From: Eubacteriales bacterium
GTDB taxonomy: Bacteria; Bacillota; Clostridia; Oscillospirales; CAG-272
NCBI GenBank assembly: GCA_045655145.1
Contig: JAZOOW010000138.1
Location: 1 to 34,826, forward strand
DNA length: 34,826 nt
Reading direction: 5' to 3'
This document shows, piece after piece, positions 1-9,182 of this stretch; position 1 is the stretch's first letter; every line of letters begins with the position of its first letter. A model generated the notes under the pieces. The model was not told the DNA's origin. It was given only the letters and a program-made list of their open reading frames with translations, and made no database searches. Position numbers and translations under genes: made by a program.

Positions 1-41
1 GCCGTTTTCAGCAGTTTTTCAAGGGCAGAGCCATTTTTTGC

Positions 42-1145
42 CTATTTTTTAGTCAAAGCAAGTATGCGTGTCAAGATGCGTTGATTGGCATCGGGGTGTG
101 CAAAGTGTCGGATCGCCCGTTCGCGGTCGGCACGCAAGGCAGGGGACTTGATCAGTGCTTCTACCTCGCTTGCAAGACGTCCCTCGGAGAGCGCGGATTC
201 CTCAACGAGCGCGGCGGCCCCGGCATCAGCGAGAAGTGCCGCATTTTTATGCTGGTGATTGTCGGTGACATGGGGGGAAGGAATGAGGATCGCGCTTTTG
301 CCGCACAGAGAAAGCTCGGAGAGTGTCATAGCACCTGCACGGCAGATCACCGTATCCGCCGCCCCCATATATAGCGGCATATCCTCGATATACGGAAGTA
401 GGGACATGCGGGGGTGCCGCTGTTTGCCAAGCACTGTTTGTATGGCGTTATAATGCCGTTTTCCTGTTCCGTGCACAAGAAATAGGTTCGGAAAGCGTGG
501 AAGCAGGTGGTTTCCGAGCGCAAGAACGGCCTCATTGATGCGCTCCGCTCCCAGGGAACCCCCAAAGGACAAAAGCAGAAAATCTCCTTCTCCAAGCCCC
601 AGCTTTTTTCTTGCATCATGGCGTGAAACAGTACGAAATCCCTGTCTGATTGGATTTCCTGTTTCTAAAAAACGAGAGGTATTTTTTGGCAGATAGCACG
701 AGGCATCCTTGAAGTTCAACCAAACCTCGTCGACATAGGGGGCAAGGCGACGCACCGTCATGCCGGGGACCGCATTCGATTCGTGAACGGCGCAGGGAAT
801 GCCCTTGTGTGCCGCGGCACGCAGAATTGGCCAGGATGCGTATCCGCCCGTGCCGATCACAGCATCCGCTCGGAGTGCGGAAAGAAGGTGCTCTGCATGC
901 CATGGGGATACAAGGGCAAGATAGAGTGCGCCGATGTTGCGGAGCGTGGGTGTACGGGAGAAGCCGCGCACATTGACATGGCGGATCGGATAACCGGCGT
1001 TGGTAACGAGCTCGTTTTCCATGCCGGTGGGTGTGCCGACAAAGGTGATCTCGGCATGCTTGTCATAGGCACGGACCGTTTCCGCAATGGCAATGGCGGG
1101 TGTGATATGACCGGCGGTTCCGCCGCCGCTGAGGATGATACGCAT
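42..1145 (-). CDS. murG: Undecaprenyldiphospho-muramoylpentapeptide beta-N-acetylglucosaminyltransferase
   Basis: GGGTAGH, GTGGYAS, HESNAVPG, TGNPIR, GGSLGA, RAGAMT and HQHKNA motifs; AAGGAG RBS; dcw context. Confidence 0.97.
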   Translation of the reverse strand: MRIILSGGGTAGHITPAIAIAETVRAYDKHAEITFVGTPTGMENELVTNAGYPIRHVNVRGFSRTPTLRNIGALYLALVSPWHAEHLLSALRADAVIGTGGYASWPILRAAAHKGIPCAVHESNAVPGMTVRRLAPYVDEVWLNFKDASCYLPKNTSRFLETGNPIRQGFRTVSRHDARKKLGLGEGDFLLLSFGGSLGAERINEAVLALGNHLLPRFPNLFLVHGTGKRHYNAIQTVLGKQRHPRMSLLPYIEDMPLYMGAADTVICRAGAMTLSELSLCGKSAILIPSPHVTDNHQHKNAALLADAGAAALVEESALSEGRLASEVEALIKSPALRADRERAIRHFAHPDANQRILTRILALTKK

Positions 1146-1154
1146 ATAGGCTCC

Positions 1155-2408
1155 TTAGGGCAGAATGTGTGAGGAACGGGAAACGGATAATAGTATGCCC
1201 ATTTCGGCAAAGAGCATAACAAGAGAGGAGCCGCCATAGCTGAAAAAGGGGAGAGAAATGCCCGTATTGGGGATACTGTTGGTCACAACAGCCACATTCA
1301 AAAGTACTTGGATGCACACCTTGCTGACAATGCCGAAGGCAAGCAGGGCGGAAAAGGGGTGCGGCTGCCGTATGGCCACCGTGTAGCCTCGGTATATAAA
1401 GGCAGCAAAAAGCCCAAGGATCAAAAGGGCTCCGAGAAAGCCAAGCTCCTCACAGGCAATCGTGAAGATAAAGTCATTTTGCGGCTCGGCAACGTAGCTG
1501 TATTTCAGACGGCTGGCTCCCAGCCCAAGCCCGAAAAAGCCGCCCGAGCCGATCGCCATCATGCCTTGCAGAGTTTGCCAGCCTCCGTCAAGCGGAAAAG
1601 CGGCGGGGTTTTGCCAGATCAGGATGCGGCGCTTAGTATAATCGGTAAACAACGCAAGTGCCGCTACACCCGCACCGCCGACAGCCCCGAAAAGCCCAAG
1701 CCACCGCAAGGAGCTTCCGCCCACCAGCATAACAAGAACGCCAAGCAGTCCCAGTATGATCAAGCAGGAAAGGTGCTTCTCCAGCGCGACAAGCCCGCAG
1801 ATCAGTCCTATGTACCCAAGGGGGATTAGTGTTCCGATTAAAAAACGGCGACCTTTGCTTTTTGCAACCGCGATATCCTCTCTTTTTTGTGAGAGATGAC
1901 GGGCGAGCATCATGACAAGCGTCGTTTTGGCCAGCTCGGAGGGCTGAAAGGTCAAGGGGCCGATGCCGATCCAGCGCTGTGCGCCGCCTCCGGTTTGACC
2001 GATAATCAAGACGAGCACGAGAAGAAGAACGGTGACCAAAAAGGCGTGGGGAGTATAACGTTCGTAAAAGGAGGGCGGTATACGGGCGGCAAGGAGCATC
2101 ACGAGTATACCGCAAAGAAGCCAAAGCACCTGACGCTTGATAAAATAATACGCATCGCCGTAACGCACCTGTGCGTTGGCATAGCTTGCGCTGAAGATCA
2201 TCACAGAACCGAAAAGCGAGAGCAAAATGACGAGAAGGAGAAGCCTTGTGTCAAGACCTCCCTCACCCTGTTTTCTTTTTCTTCCCGGCAGAAGCCTGCG
2301 GAGCCCGGAGGGGCGTGCCTGCAGATCTGCCGCAACGGGTGCATCGGCCTCGGCCACGGTCCTTCTTTTGCTTTTTTGGCTTCTGTCAGTCTGTAAACGG
2401 TATGCCAT
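1155..2408 (-). CDS. ftsW: SEDS peptidoglycan glycosyltransferase FtsW/SpoVE
   Basis: About 10 hydrophobic segments; GAQRWI, FQPSELAK, EPQNDFIF and GISLPFFSYGGSS motifs; AGGAGG RBS. Could equally be named spoVE. Confidence 0.92.
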   Translation of the reverse strand: MAYRLQTDRSQKSKRRTVAEADAPVAADLQARPSGLRRLLPGRKRKQGEGGLDTRLLLLVILLSLFGSVMIFSASYANAQVRYGDAYYFIKRQVLWLLCGILVMLLAARIPPSFYERYTPHAFLVTVLLLVLVLIIGQTGGGAQRWIGIGPLTFQPSELAKTTLVMMLARHLSQKREDIAVAKSKGRRFLIGTLIPLGYIGLICGLVALEKHLSCLIILGLLGVLVMLVGGSSLRWLGLFGAVGGAGVAALALFTDYTKRRILIWQNPAAFPLDGGWQTLQGMMAIGSGGFFGLGLGASRLKYSYVAEPQNDFIFTIACEELGFLGALLILGLFAAFIYRGYTVAIRQPHPFSALLAFGIVSKVCIQVLLNVAVVTNSIPNTGISLPFFSYGGSSLVMLFAEMGILLSVSRSSHILP

Positions 2409-2417
2409 ACATCCCTC

Positions 2418-3404
2418 CTACGGCAAAAACCAGGCAAGTGCACAGGCCGCCGCCGTTACGGTGGCAAACAGAAAAACGATACGGTTTTCGGAAAACCCGC
2501 ATTTTTCAAAATGATGGTGAATGGGTGCCATCAGAAAAAGCCGCCGCTTTGTCTTTTTGAAATAGAGCACCTGCAGGATCACGGAAGCCCCTTCTATCAC
2601 ATAGATAATGCCGCAAATGAGTGAGAGAAAGGGGGCATCAAGCAAAAGGGGAACAGCCGCGACCGCCGCGCCGAGGAAGAGCGAGCCTGTATCGCCCATA
2701 AAAATACGGGCGGGGAAACGGTTAAAAAGAAGAAAGGCCAGTGCCGCAGCAAATGGGATTGCGGAGAGGAGCATGGGGGCGACCGCCTCACTGCGGGCGG
2801 GAAGGAGTGCATAAGAGGCAAAGATCACCGCCGCCACCGTGGTGGCGAGGCCGTCAATGCCGTCTGTGAGATTGGCACAGTTGGTAACGCCGACCAGTAA
2901 AAGAAGCAGCACAAAGTAGGTAGCAAAGCCGAGAGGGAGCGCACCGAAAGCAGGGAGCATCAACACCTCGTCGATTACACCGCCCGTGCGAAGCATGGCC
3001 AAATAGGCGGCACCTAGAGTTACCTGCAAGAGAAGTTTTTGCGTGGGGGTCAGCCCCTCGTTACGGCGGTGACGGAGCTTTGTCAGATCGTCCACGATTC
3101 CCACCGCCCCGTTTGCAACTGCATATAGCGCCGTCATGACAAAGGGGTAAAGCTCTGTGGACGGGTATGCACTCAAAAAAAGCGGAGCAAATGGCAAAAG
3201 GATGAGGGTGACAATGAGAAAGGACAGCCCGCCCATCGTCGGCGTCCCCTCCTTGGGGGCGTGCCATACAGGGCCGATCTCTAAAATGCGCTGCCCCATT
3301 TTCATTGCGCGGAAGCGTGGGATCAAAAGGGCGGTCAGGAGAGATACCCCGATGAAGGCTGCGATGAACAGCAAAAGGAAAAGAAGGGGTAAGCTTACGG
3401 ACAT
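2418..3404 (-). CDS. mraY: Phospho-N-acetylmuramoyl-pentapeptide transferase
   Basis: KEGTPTMGG, GIVDD, NLTDGIDGL, FMGDTGS and APIHHHFE motifs. Start moved to ATG 3404 (GGAGGA RBS at 3411-3416), overlapping the murF stop. Confidence 0.96.
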   Translation of the reverse strand: MSVSLPLLFLLLFIAAFIGVSLLTALLIPRFRAMKMGQRILEIGPVWHAPKEGTPTMGGLSFLIVTLILLPFAPLFLSAYPSTELYPFVMTALYAVANGAVGIVDDLTKLRHRRNEGLTPTQKLLLQVTLGAAYLAMLRTGGVIDEVLMLPAFGALPLGFATYFVLLLLLVGVTNCANLTDGIDGLATTVAAVIFASYALLPARSEAVAPMLLSAIPFAAALAFLLFNRFPARIFMGDTGSLFLGAAVAAVPLLLDAPFLSLICGIIYVIEGASVILQVLYFKKTKRRLFLMAPIHHHFEKCGFSENRIVFLFATVTAAACALAWFLP

Positions 3405-4798
3405 CGGTTTTCCTCCTGCATGAATAGGGTGCGGCAATGGGTAAGGATATTTTCGGCTGTCATGCCGCGGGATGCTTTGATCAGAACGACATCCTCCTCT
3501 CGCAAACAGGCGGCCAGCTGTGCGGCGGTCAGCTCGTGAGCGGTGGGGTCGGGGTTGCGAAAGATGGCTTCATGAGGCATGCCCGCCTGCAAGGCACCGT
3601 CTGCGATGCTTTCTGCCGCCGCACCGAAGGTGAAGAGCAGGTCCGTACCGACATCCGCGACGAGGCGGCCGATCCGTTCATGGAGTACGCGCGTTTCGCG
3701 CCCCAGCTCGCGCATGTCGCCAAGCACGGCGATCCGTCTTTTTCCCCCGTCGGTGTTTTCAAGAACACGGAGCGCCGCCTCTACCGATTCCGGAGACGCA
3801 TTGTAGCAGTCATTGATCCAATGGATGCCGTTTTCTGTAAAGATTTCCAGACGTCCTCGGCTTACGGTAGAGCGAAGTGCTGTACGGATCCCTGCTTCGG
3901 GAACGCCGAACAGATCGCCAAGGAATACGGCAAAGGCCGCGCAGCTTGCAATGTGTGCACCCCGTCCGGCCAAGACCACATCCTCATAAAGCCGTTGTCC
4001 GCAGAGGAAATCGGCGGTGGTGTGTCCCCCCTCCTCACGAACGCACAGGTAAGCTACATCAAAGCCCTCGCTGCTGCCAATGGCTACAGGGAGCGTTGCC
4101 GCATGACAGGGCGGTGCCAGAAGTGGCTCTGAGGCAGGGTAGAGATAAGGGGTGCCCGGCTCACAGCCCTCGAGGATCTCCAGCTTGGCACGGGCAATGG
4201 AGGCACGGGAGCCGAGATTGCCGATGTGTGCGGTTCCCACGTTGGTGATCAATGCAAAATCCGGTCGGACAAGGCAAGAAAGCGCAGCGATCTCACGGGC
4301 ATGATTCATGCCAAGCTCTACGACAAGAATTTCCGTGTCCGGCGGCATCGAGAGCAGGGTAAGTACCACCCCCAAAAGGTTATTTTGATTCTCCTCGGTT
4401 TTGTGAACACGGAATTTTTGTGCGAGAACGGCCGCAACCATGTCCTTTGTCGTGGTCTTGCCGACGCTTCCCGTCACGGCGACCACCGTAGGGGAGAGGC
4501 GTGCTCTGGCCTCTCGCGCCAGCGTTACCAGTGCCGCCATGCTGTCCTTGACGGCAATCACGTCCTCGCGCTCGCCCATTTCCTCAGCCAGCGCCACGAT
4601 CGCGCCGTGTGACAGGGCCTCCTTGATATAACGGTTTCCGTTGTGGCGATCACCGCGCAGGGCAACAAACAGATCTCCCTCCCGTACCTCACGTGAGTCG
4701 GTGGCTAAATGCGTCACCGTACCGGCGGCGCGTGAAAAAACGCCAAGCAAGCGGCATAGCTCCGTTGCGGTATACGGATGATCAAGCTTAATTCGCAT
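3395..4798 (-). CDS. murF: UDP-N-acetylmuramoyl-tripeptide--D-alanyl-D-alanine ligase
   Basis: TDSR, VTGSVGKTTTK, ELGMNH, NDCYNASPES, LGDMRELG and KASRG motifs. Start moved to ATG 4798 (AAGGGAG RBS), overlapping the murE stop. Confidence 0.95.
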   Translation of the reverse strand: MRIKLDHPYTATELCRLLGVFSRAAGTVTHLATDSREVREGDLFVALRGDRHNGNRYIKEALSHGAIVALAEEMGEREDVIAVKDSMAALVTLAREARARLSPTVVAVTGSVGKTTTKDMVAAVLAQKFRVHKTEENQNNLLGVVLTLLSMPPDTEILVVELGMNHAREIAALSCLVRPDFALITNVGTAHIGNLGSRASIARAKLEILEGCEPGTPYLYPASEPLLAPPCHAATLPVAIGSSEGFDVAYLCVREEGGHTTADFLCGQRLYEDVVLAGRGAHIASCAAFAVFLGDLFGVPEAGIRTALRSTVSRGRLEIFTENGIHWINDCYNASPESVEAALRVLENTDGGKRRIAVLGDMRELGRETRVLHERIGRLVADVGTDLLFTFGAAAESIADGALQAGMPHEAIFRNPDPTAHELTAAQLAACLREEDVVLIKASRGMTAENILTHCRTLFMQEENRCP

Positions 4799-6299
4799 AA
4801 TTCTCCCTTTTCCTTCGTGCGCAAAGCGCTGACAGGACGATCTCCTTTTCGTCCAGTGGCGTTTCCGTGCCGCCTGCCAGCTCATATGTTTCGTGCCCCT
4901 TGCCGACAAGCAAGAGGATATCGTCCTTTTGTGCAGTTTCCACCGCATAGGTAATGGCGCGGCGACGATCTAAGATCACGCGCCGTTTGTCTTTCCTGTG
5001 CATGCCGCGGAGAATGTCGTGAATAATCGCGGGCGGCTCCTCAAAGCGGCTGTTGTCCGACGTGATAATGACAAAATCCGCCAGCTCCTCGGCCACACGC
5101 CCCATGGGTGCACGCTTGCTTTTGTCACGGTCGCCTCCGCAACCGAACAGCAGTATGATCCGTTCATGGCCGCGGCGGAAGTCCTGCACAGTCAAAAGCA
5201 GATTGCGCAGGGCGGCCTCTGTGTGTGCGTAATCAACAAAAGCAGAAAAACCGGCATCGGGGGGGAGAGGGATCCTCTCAAGCCTGCCCGGAATACCGCT
5301 TATGCTGCGGAGCGCAGCTCCCGATACCTCGGGTGATATGCCAAGATGGCAGGCTGCGGTGAGTGCGAGCAGGGAATTGTAAACGGTAAATACGCCCGGA
5401 ATTGGGACGCTGATCGGCGTGCGTCCCACGGGTGTGCGGAAGATGTAGGAGATACCGTGCGCATTGGGCAGGCGGATCTCCTCGGCGTTATATTCCTCGT
5501 GATAGACGGCACCGCATCGCAAAACGGGGCAAGCCGCCCTCCTTGCGATCTCCTCACCCGCATCGCTGTCCAGATTTAATACGGCAGCATCACAGAGCGA
5601 AAAGAGTTTCGCCTTTGCCGCAAGGTAGGCAGACATCGTTCCGTGATAATCCAAATGCTCGGGGGATAGATTTGTAAAAATGCCCACGGCAAAGCGGAGC
5701 GGCGATAGCTTTTCAAGTGCCAGTGCGTGCGAGGACGCCTCCAGCACCACGTGGGTGATGCCGTCATCCTCAAGGGTGCGCAGTAACGGATATAATATGT
5801 CGGGATCGGGCGTTGTCATACGTTGCCGTGCTTCCTCACCTCTTGGGAGCGGATAGCTTTTTTTCTCTGTACGGGCACCCAGCGTTCCGATCATGGCCGT
5901 GGGCTTGCCGGCGGCACGGAGGATGTGCATAAGCATGGCGGCGGTAGATGTTTTTCCGTTCGTTCCCGTCACGGCGATCAGGCACATGCTGCGACCGGGG
6001 CACGAGGCAAGTCGGTAACAGGCATAAGCAAAGGCACGGCGTGAGCTCGGAACACGGAATACGGGAAAGCCGTCCCGTGCACGGTACGCAGCCCCCTCCT
6101 CAACAACGGCGGCTGCCGCGCCGTTTTCTGCGGCACGCTCGAGGAGCACGTGCGTATCATATTGCGTTCCGCGCAGGCAAATAAACAGTGCTCCGGGACC
6201 CGCGCGGTCTGCACGTGTTTGTACCGTGTCGATCTCGATCGCGGAGGCATCATAGACGGAGGTGTATTCCTCCGGAAGCAGAATAGCAGATAATTTCAT
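4788..6299 (-). CDS. murE: UDP-N-acetylmuramoyl-L-alanyl-D-glutamate--diamino acid ligase
   Basis: VTGTNGKTS, TTPD, EASSHAL, EHLDYH, DYAHT, FGCGGDRD, DNSR and GKGHE motifs; GAGGTG RBS. Confidence 0.96.
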   Translation of the reverse strand: MKLSAILLPEEYTSVYDASAIEIDTVQTRADRAGPGALFICLRGTQYDTHVLLERAAENGAAAAVVEEGAAYRARDGFPVFRVPSSRRAFAYACYRLASCPGRSMCLIAVTGTNGKTSTAAMLMHILRAAGKPTAMIGTLGARTEKKSYPLPRGEEARQRMTTPDPDILYPLLRTLEDDGITHVVLEASSHALALEKLSPLRFAVGIFTNLSPEHLDYHGTMSAYLAAKAKLFSLCDAAVLNLDSDAGEEIARRAACPVLRCGAVYHEEYNAEEIRLPNAHGISYIFRTPVGRTPISVPIPGVFTVYNSLLALTAACHLGISPEVSGAALRSISGIPGRLERIPLPPDAGFSAFVDYAHTEAALRNLLLTVQDFRRGHERIILLFGCGGDRDKSKRAPMGRVAEELADFVIITSDNSRFEEPPAIIHDILRGMHRKDKRRVILDRRRAITYAVETAQKDDILLLVGKGHETYELAGGTETPLDEKEIVLSALCARRKRENYAN

Positions 6300-6329
6300 A
6301 ACAGCACCTCATGCTTTGTTTTGTCGAGT

Positions 6330-8567
6330 TTAATCCTGCTCATCCGCATCCAAATAGCGGAAGGTGACGGTGACCGCGCTTCCGCGCGGAAGGCGTGTGC
6401 CCGCCTCATGAGAAACGGCGATCACGGTAGCACCTGCACCCAAGCGGTAGTTCACGGCTCCCTTGATACACACATTCAGCCCTGCATCCAGAAGGGCGGC
6501 ATTTGCCTCTGCCGCGCTTTTACCTAAAATATTTGGAACGGTTGTGTGTGTTACAGGTGCTCCGCCGGTATATAAAATGACGCGACCGCCCTCCTTGGTG
6601 ACCACCTCGCCCGCGGAGGGGAATTGTACGGTTACAGTATCCCCCGCTTTGTCGTCACCGTATTCAACAGAAAGGCCGATTGCCCGAATTTTCTTCGCCG
6701 CCTCCTCAAGGGAGAGACCTGTGTAATCACCGACCGAGATCTGTTGGAGTGCGGCCTCCTCCTCGCTGTAAACAGGGGCATGCCCGAGATAAGGAAGCAC
6801 GTTGGAAAGAAGACTGCCCACATACGGCGCGGCGACCACGCTTCCGTATACCATGCCGGCGGACGGCTCATCAACGATGATGATCACGGCGATTTCAGGA
6901 TCGTCAGCCGGCGCGTAGGCAACGCAAGAGCCGACACGGCCCCCATTGAGCTTTTCACTCGTCCCCGTTTTGGCGGCGATCTTGTAGCCACAGACATAGG
7001 CGTTTTTAACGCCGTTTCCGCCGGATACGCCCTCCTCCAAAATACGGGAGATCTCCGCACAGGTTGCCGTGCTCACGGTTTCGTTTTTGACGGTCGTTTT
7101 GTATGAGAGAACGGTGTTCCCGTCAGCATCGGAAAAGGAACTCATCACATGCGGTGTGACCAGCTTTCCGCCGTTGGCCACGGCGCAGATTGCTGTCAGC
7201 TGTTGGATCATCGTGACGTTAAAGCGCTGGCCGAAGGCGGCAGTTGCCAGCTCGACCTCGTGTATGTTTTCTCTTTGGTGAAAAATACTGTTCGTTTCGC
7301 CGGGTAGATCGATCCCTGTCTTCTGCAGATAGCCGAAGGCAGATACATAATCGTAAAAGGTGTCTCGCCCGACGCGCGCGGCAACCTGCATAAATACGGG
7401 GTTGCAGGATTGCTGTAATCCCTCGGCAAAGCAAAGACCGCCGTGCCCCGTGCGCTTGTGACAGCGGATGCTGACACCGCCCACGCGGAAAACACCGCTG
7501 CAATGAAACGGAGAAGCGGCGGAAATCACCTGCTTTTCAAGTCCCATGGCAGAGGTAATGATCTTAAAGGTAGAGCCCGGCTCATAGGTTTCGGTGATCG
7601 CCTTGTTGTTCCACATTTCGTAAAGCAGCTCGTTTTTCTTTTCTTTGTATTCTGCGCTATCCTTTTCATAGGCGGCAAGCTCTGCCATTGCCTCCTCGGT
7701 GAGGGTGTACGGATCGTTCAGATCGTAGGAAGGGAGTGTGGCCATGGCCAAAACAGCCCCCGTGTCCACATCCATCACAATGCCCGACACGCGGTTCTTT
7801 GCCGCAGAATCCTCTGCCGCCTGCAAAAGGGCAAGCTCCAGCTGTGTTTGTATGTAAAGGTCCAGCGTCGTGGTCATGGAAAGGCCGTCCTTGGCAGGAA
7901 TGTATCCGATGTATCCGTTCGGCATATCATGGCCGCCTGCGTCCTTGGCGGTAACGTATTTTCCGTCCTCGCCCGTCAGATAGGTGTCATAATACAATTC
8001 AAGGCCGAAAAGCCCCTGCCCGTCACCGCCCGTAAAGCCAAGCACCTGTGCGGCAAGCGAATTGTACGGATAACTCCGCTTTGCCGTTGCTTCCACATGC
8101 ACCATACTGCCAAGACAGTTGTTAGCCGCAAAGAGGAGCACACGGTCTGCCATTTCCTTGCTTGCGTTTTTCAGAACGGTTTCGTCAAGCAGATGGAATT
8201 TTTGCGTTTTTTTATAAATGGCATCATATTCCATACCAAGCAGCTCTGCAAGTCCTGCGGCGATCCGCTCATCCTCATTGCCGCCGCTTTTTTTCATAGC
8301 CTGTCGAATGTCTACGGGAGATATGTATATGCGGTAAGCCGTTTCGGTGGTGGCAAGCAGGTTGCCGTTTCTGTCATAAATATTCCCTCTGGCCGCACGG
8401 AGTGCGGAGCCTACCGTGATCTGATCCAATACCTTCTCTTGGTAGGTGCTGTATCCAAGCACCTGCATGCGGAAAAGCACGGAGGTCAGAAGCACGGCCA
8501 CTGCAAGAAAAACCGAAAGCAAGGTGAGTGAACGCCTTGAAAAGGACTTTTGAAAATTGTTGATCAC
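6330..8567 (-). CDS. spoVD: Class B penicillin-binding protein (SpoVD/FtsI family) with two C-terminal PASTA domains
   Basis: N-terminal TM; RGNIYDRNG and GLELYYD; catalytic STFK, SCN and KTGT; two PASTA-like repeats. GTG 8567 preferred (GGGGGA RBS) because ATG 8612 lies inside a terminator hairpin. spoVD versus ftsI is an inference. Confidence 0.85.
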   Translation of the reverse strand: MINNFQKSFSRRSLTLLSVFLAVAVLLTSVLFRMQVLGYSTYQEKVLDQITVGSALRAARGNIYDRNGNLLATTETAYRIYISPVDIRQAMKKSGGNEDERIAAGLAELLGMEYDAIYKKTQKFHLLDETVLKNASKEMADRVLLFAANNCLGSMVHVEATAKRSYPYNSLAAQVLGFTGGDGQGLFGLELYYDTYLTGEDGKYVTAKDAGGHDMPNGYIGYIPAKDGLSMTTTLDLYIQTQLELALLQAAEDSAAKNRVSGIVMDVDTGAVLAMATLPSYDLNDPYTLTEEAMAELAAYEKDSAEYKEKKNELLYEMWNNKAITETYEPGSTFKIITSAMGLEKQVISAASPFHCSGVFRVGGVSIRCHKRTGHGGLCFAEGLQQSCNPVFMQVAARVGRDTFYDYVSAFGYLQKTGIDLPGETNSIFHQRENIHEVELATAAFGQRFNVTMIQQLTAICAVANGGKLVTPHVMSSFSDADGNTVLSYKTTVKNETVSTATCAEISRILEEGVSGGNGVKNAYVCGYKIAAKTGTSEKLNGGRVGSCVAYAPADDPEIAVIIIVDEPSAGMVYGSVVAAPYVGSLLSNVLPYLGHAPVYSEEEAALQQISVGDYTGLSLEEAAKKIRAIGLSVEYGDDKAGDTVTVQFPSAGEVVTKEGGRVILYTGGAPVTHTTVPNILGKSAAEANAALLDAGLNVCIKGAVNYRLGAGATVIAVSHEAGTRLPRGSAVTVTFRYLDADEQD

Positions 8568-8581
8568 AGAGGAATCCCCCG

Positions 8582-8618
8582 AAAAGTAAAAAATAGCGAC
8601 GGCCGAAGCCATCGCTAT
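8582..8618 (-). terminator. Intrinsic terminator after the ftsL-like gene
   Basis: Minus strand reads ATAGCGATGGC-TTCG-GCCGTCGCTAT-TTTTTACTTTT: 11-bp stem with one G-U pair, C(UUCG)G tetraloop, U-tract. Confidence 0.8.
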
Positions 8619-8647
8619 ATTCTATGGGAAAGCGGGTAAGAAAATGC
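8619..8647 (-). promoter_or_regulatory. Putative sigmaE-type (mother-cell sporulation) promoter for the PBP gene
   Basis: Minus strand GCATTTT-14 nt-CATAGAAT resembles the Bacillota sigmaE pattern (TCATATT-like -35, ~14 nt, CATAcanT -10). Confidence 0.55.
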
Positions 8648-9163
8648 TTATTTTTCGGAAAAGGAGCGGAGAAGATTTGAAAGCGGATCTATCTCGTCCA
8701 TGGATGCCTCGGCATCTGCTGACGCGGCGTTTTCACGAACCTCGTCGGGGGTAAGTGTCAGGGAATCCCCCATGTAGAGGGCATTGTTCTGTAAGTCATC
8801 CAGCTCGCGGTTCAGATTCGTGATATGCGTGCCGGATAGGACGAGGAAGATTGCCAAAACGGCCGCAAGAATGACAAGAAGGAGCGCGGTGCTCGACATG
8901 TGTGAGCGTGTCATCGCTCTTTGCTTTTCCTGCACACAGCTCGGAAGGGAGTTGGCTTGCGTGACATGTGTTTCTGCGACACTGACATGGCCGCTTGAAA
9001 AACGGGGGGAGGTGGCGTACGGATGATATCCATCGCGAATGGCCTCCAGCGCCTTCATCTCACCGATGGTTCGATCGCCCTGACAAGCAAAACGACGGCG
9101 CAGCTTGATATAAAGGGGGTTGATCTCGGGGGCGTTTCCGCCCAATGCAATCGTTTGTGTCAT
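8648..9163 (-). CDS. Single-pass membrane protein at the ftsL position (divergent FtsL-like)
   Basis: Lies between rsmH and the PBP gene; one TM (ALLLVILAAVLAIFLVL) followed by a short heptad run (ITNLNRELDDLQNN); AAAGGAGA RBS. Confidence 0.6.
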   Translation of the reverse strand: MTQTIALGGNAPEINPLYIKLRRRFACQGDRTIGEMKALEAIRDGYHPYATSPRFSSGHVSVAETHVTQANSLPSCVQEKQRAMTRSHMSSTALLLVILAAVLAIFLVLSGTHITNLNRELDDLQNNALYMGDSLTLTPDEVRENAASADAEASMDEIDPLSNLLRSFSEK

Positions 9164-9182
9164 GACGTTTCTCCTTTATTTA

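Noticed and set aside
7443-8531. 362 aa plus-strand ORF opposite the PBP gene, and similar shadow ORFs over the mur, gltX and his genes
   Set aside because: Fully overlap conserved genes on the other strand and have no protein-like motifs
8568-8612. ORF-track start of the PBP at ATG 8612
   Set aside because: It lies within the terminator stem with no RBS; GTG 8567 has one. The track starts for mraY, murF, ispD, ispF, the kinase, gltX, permease 4, hisF and hisC were shortened on similar RBS or overlap grounds
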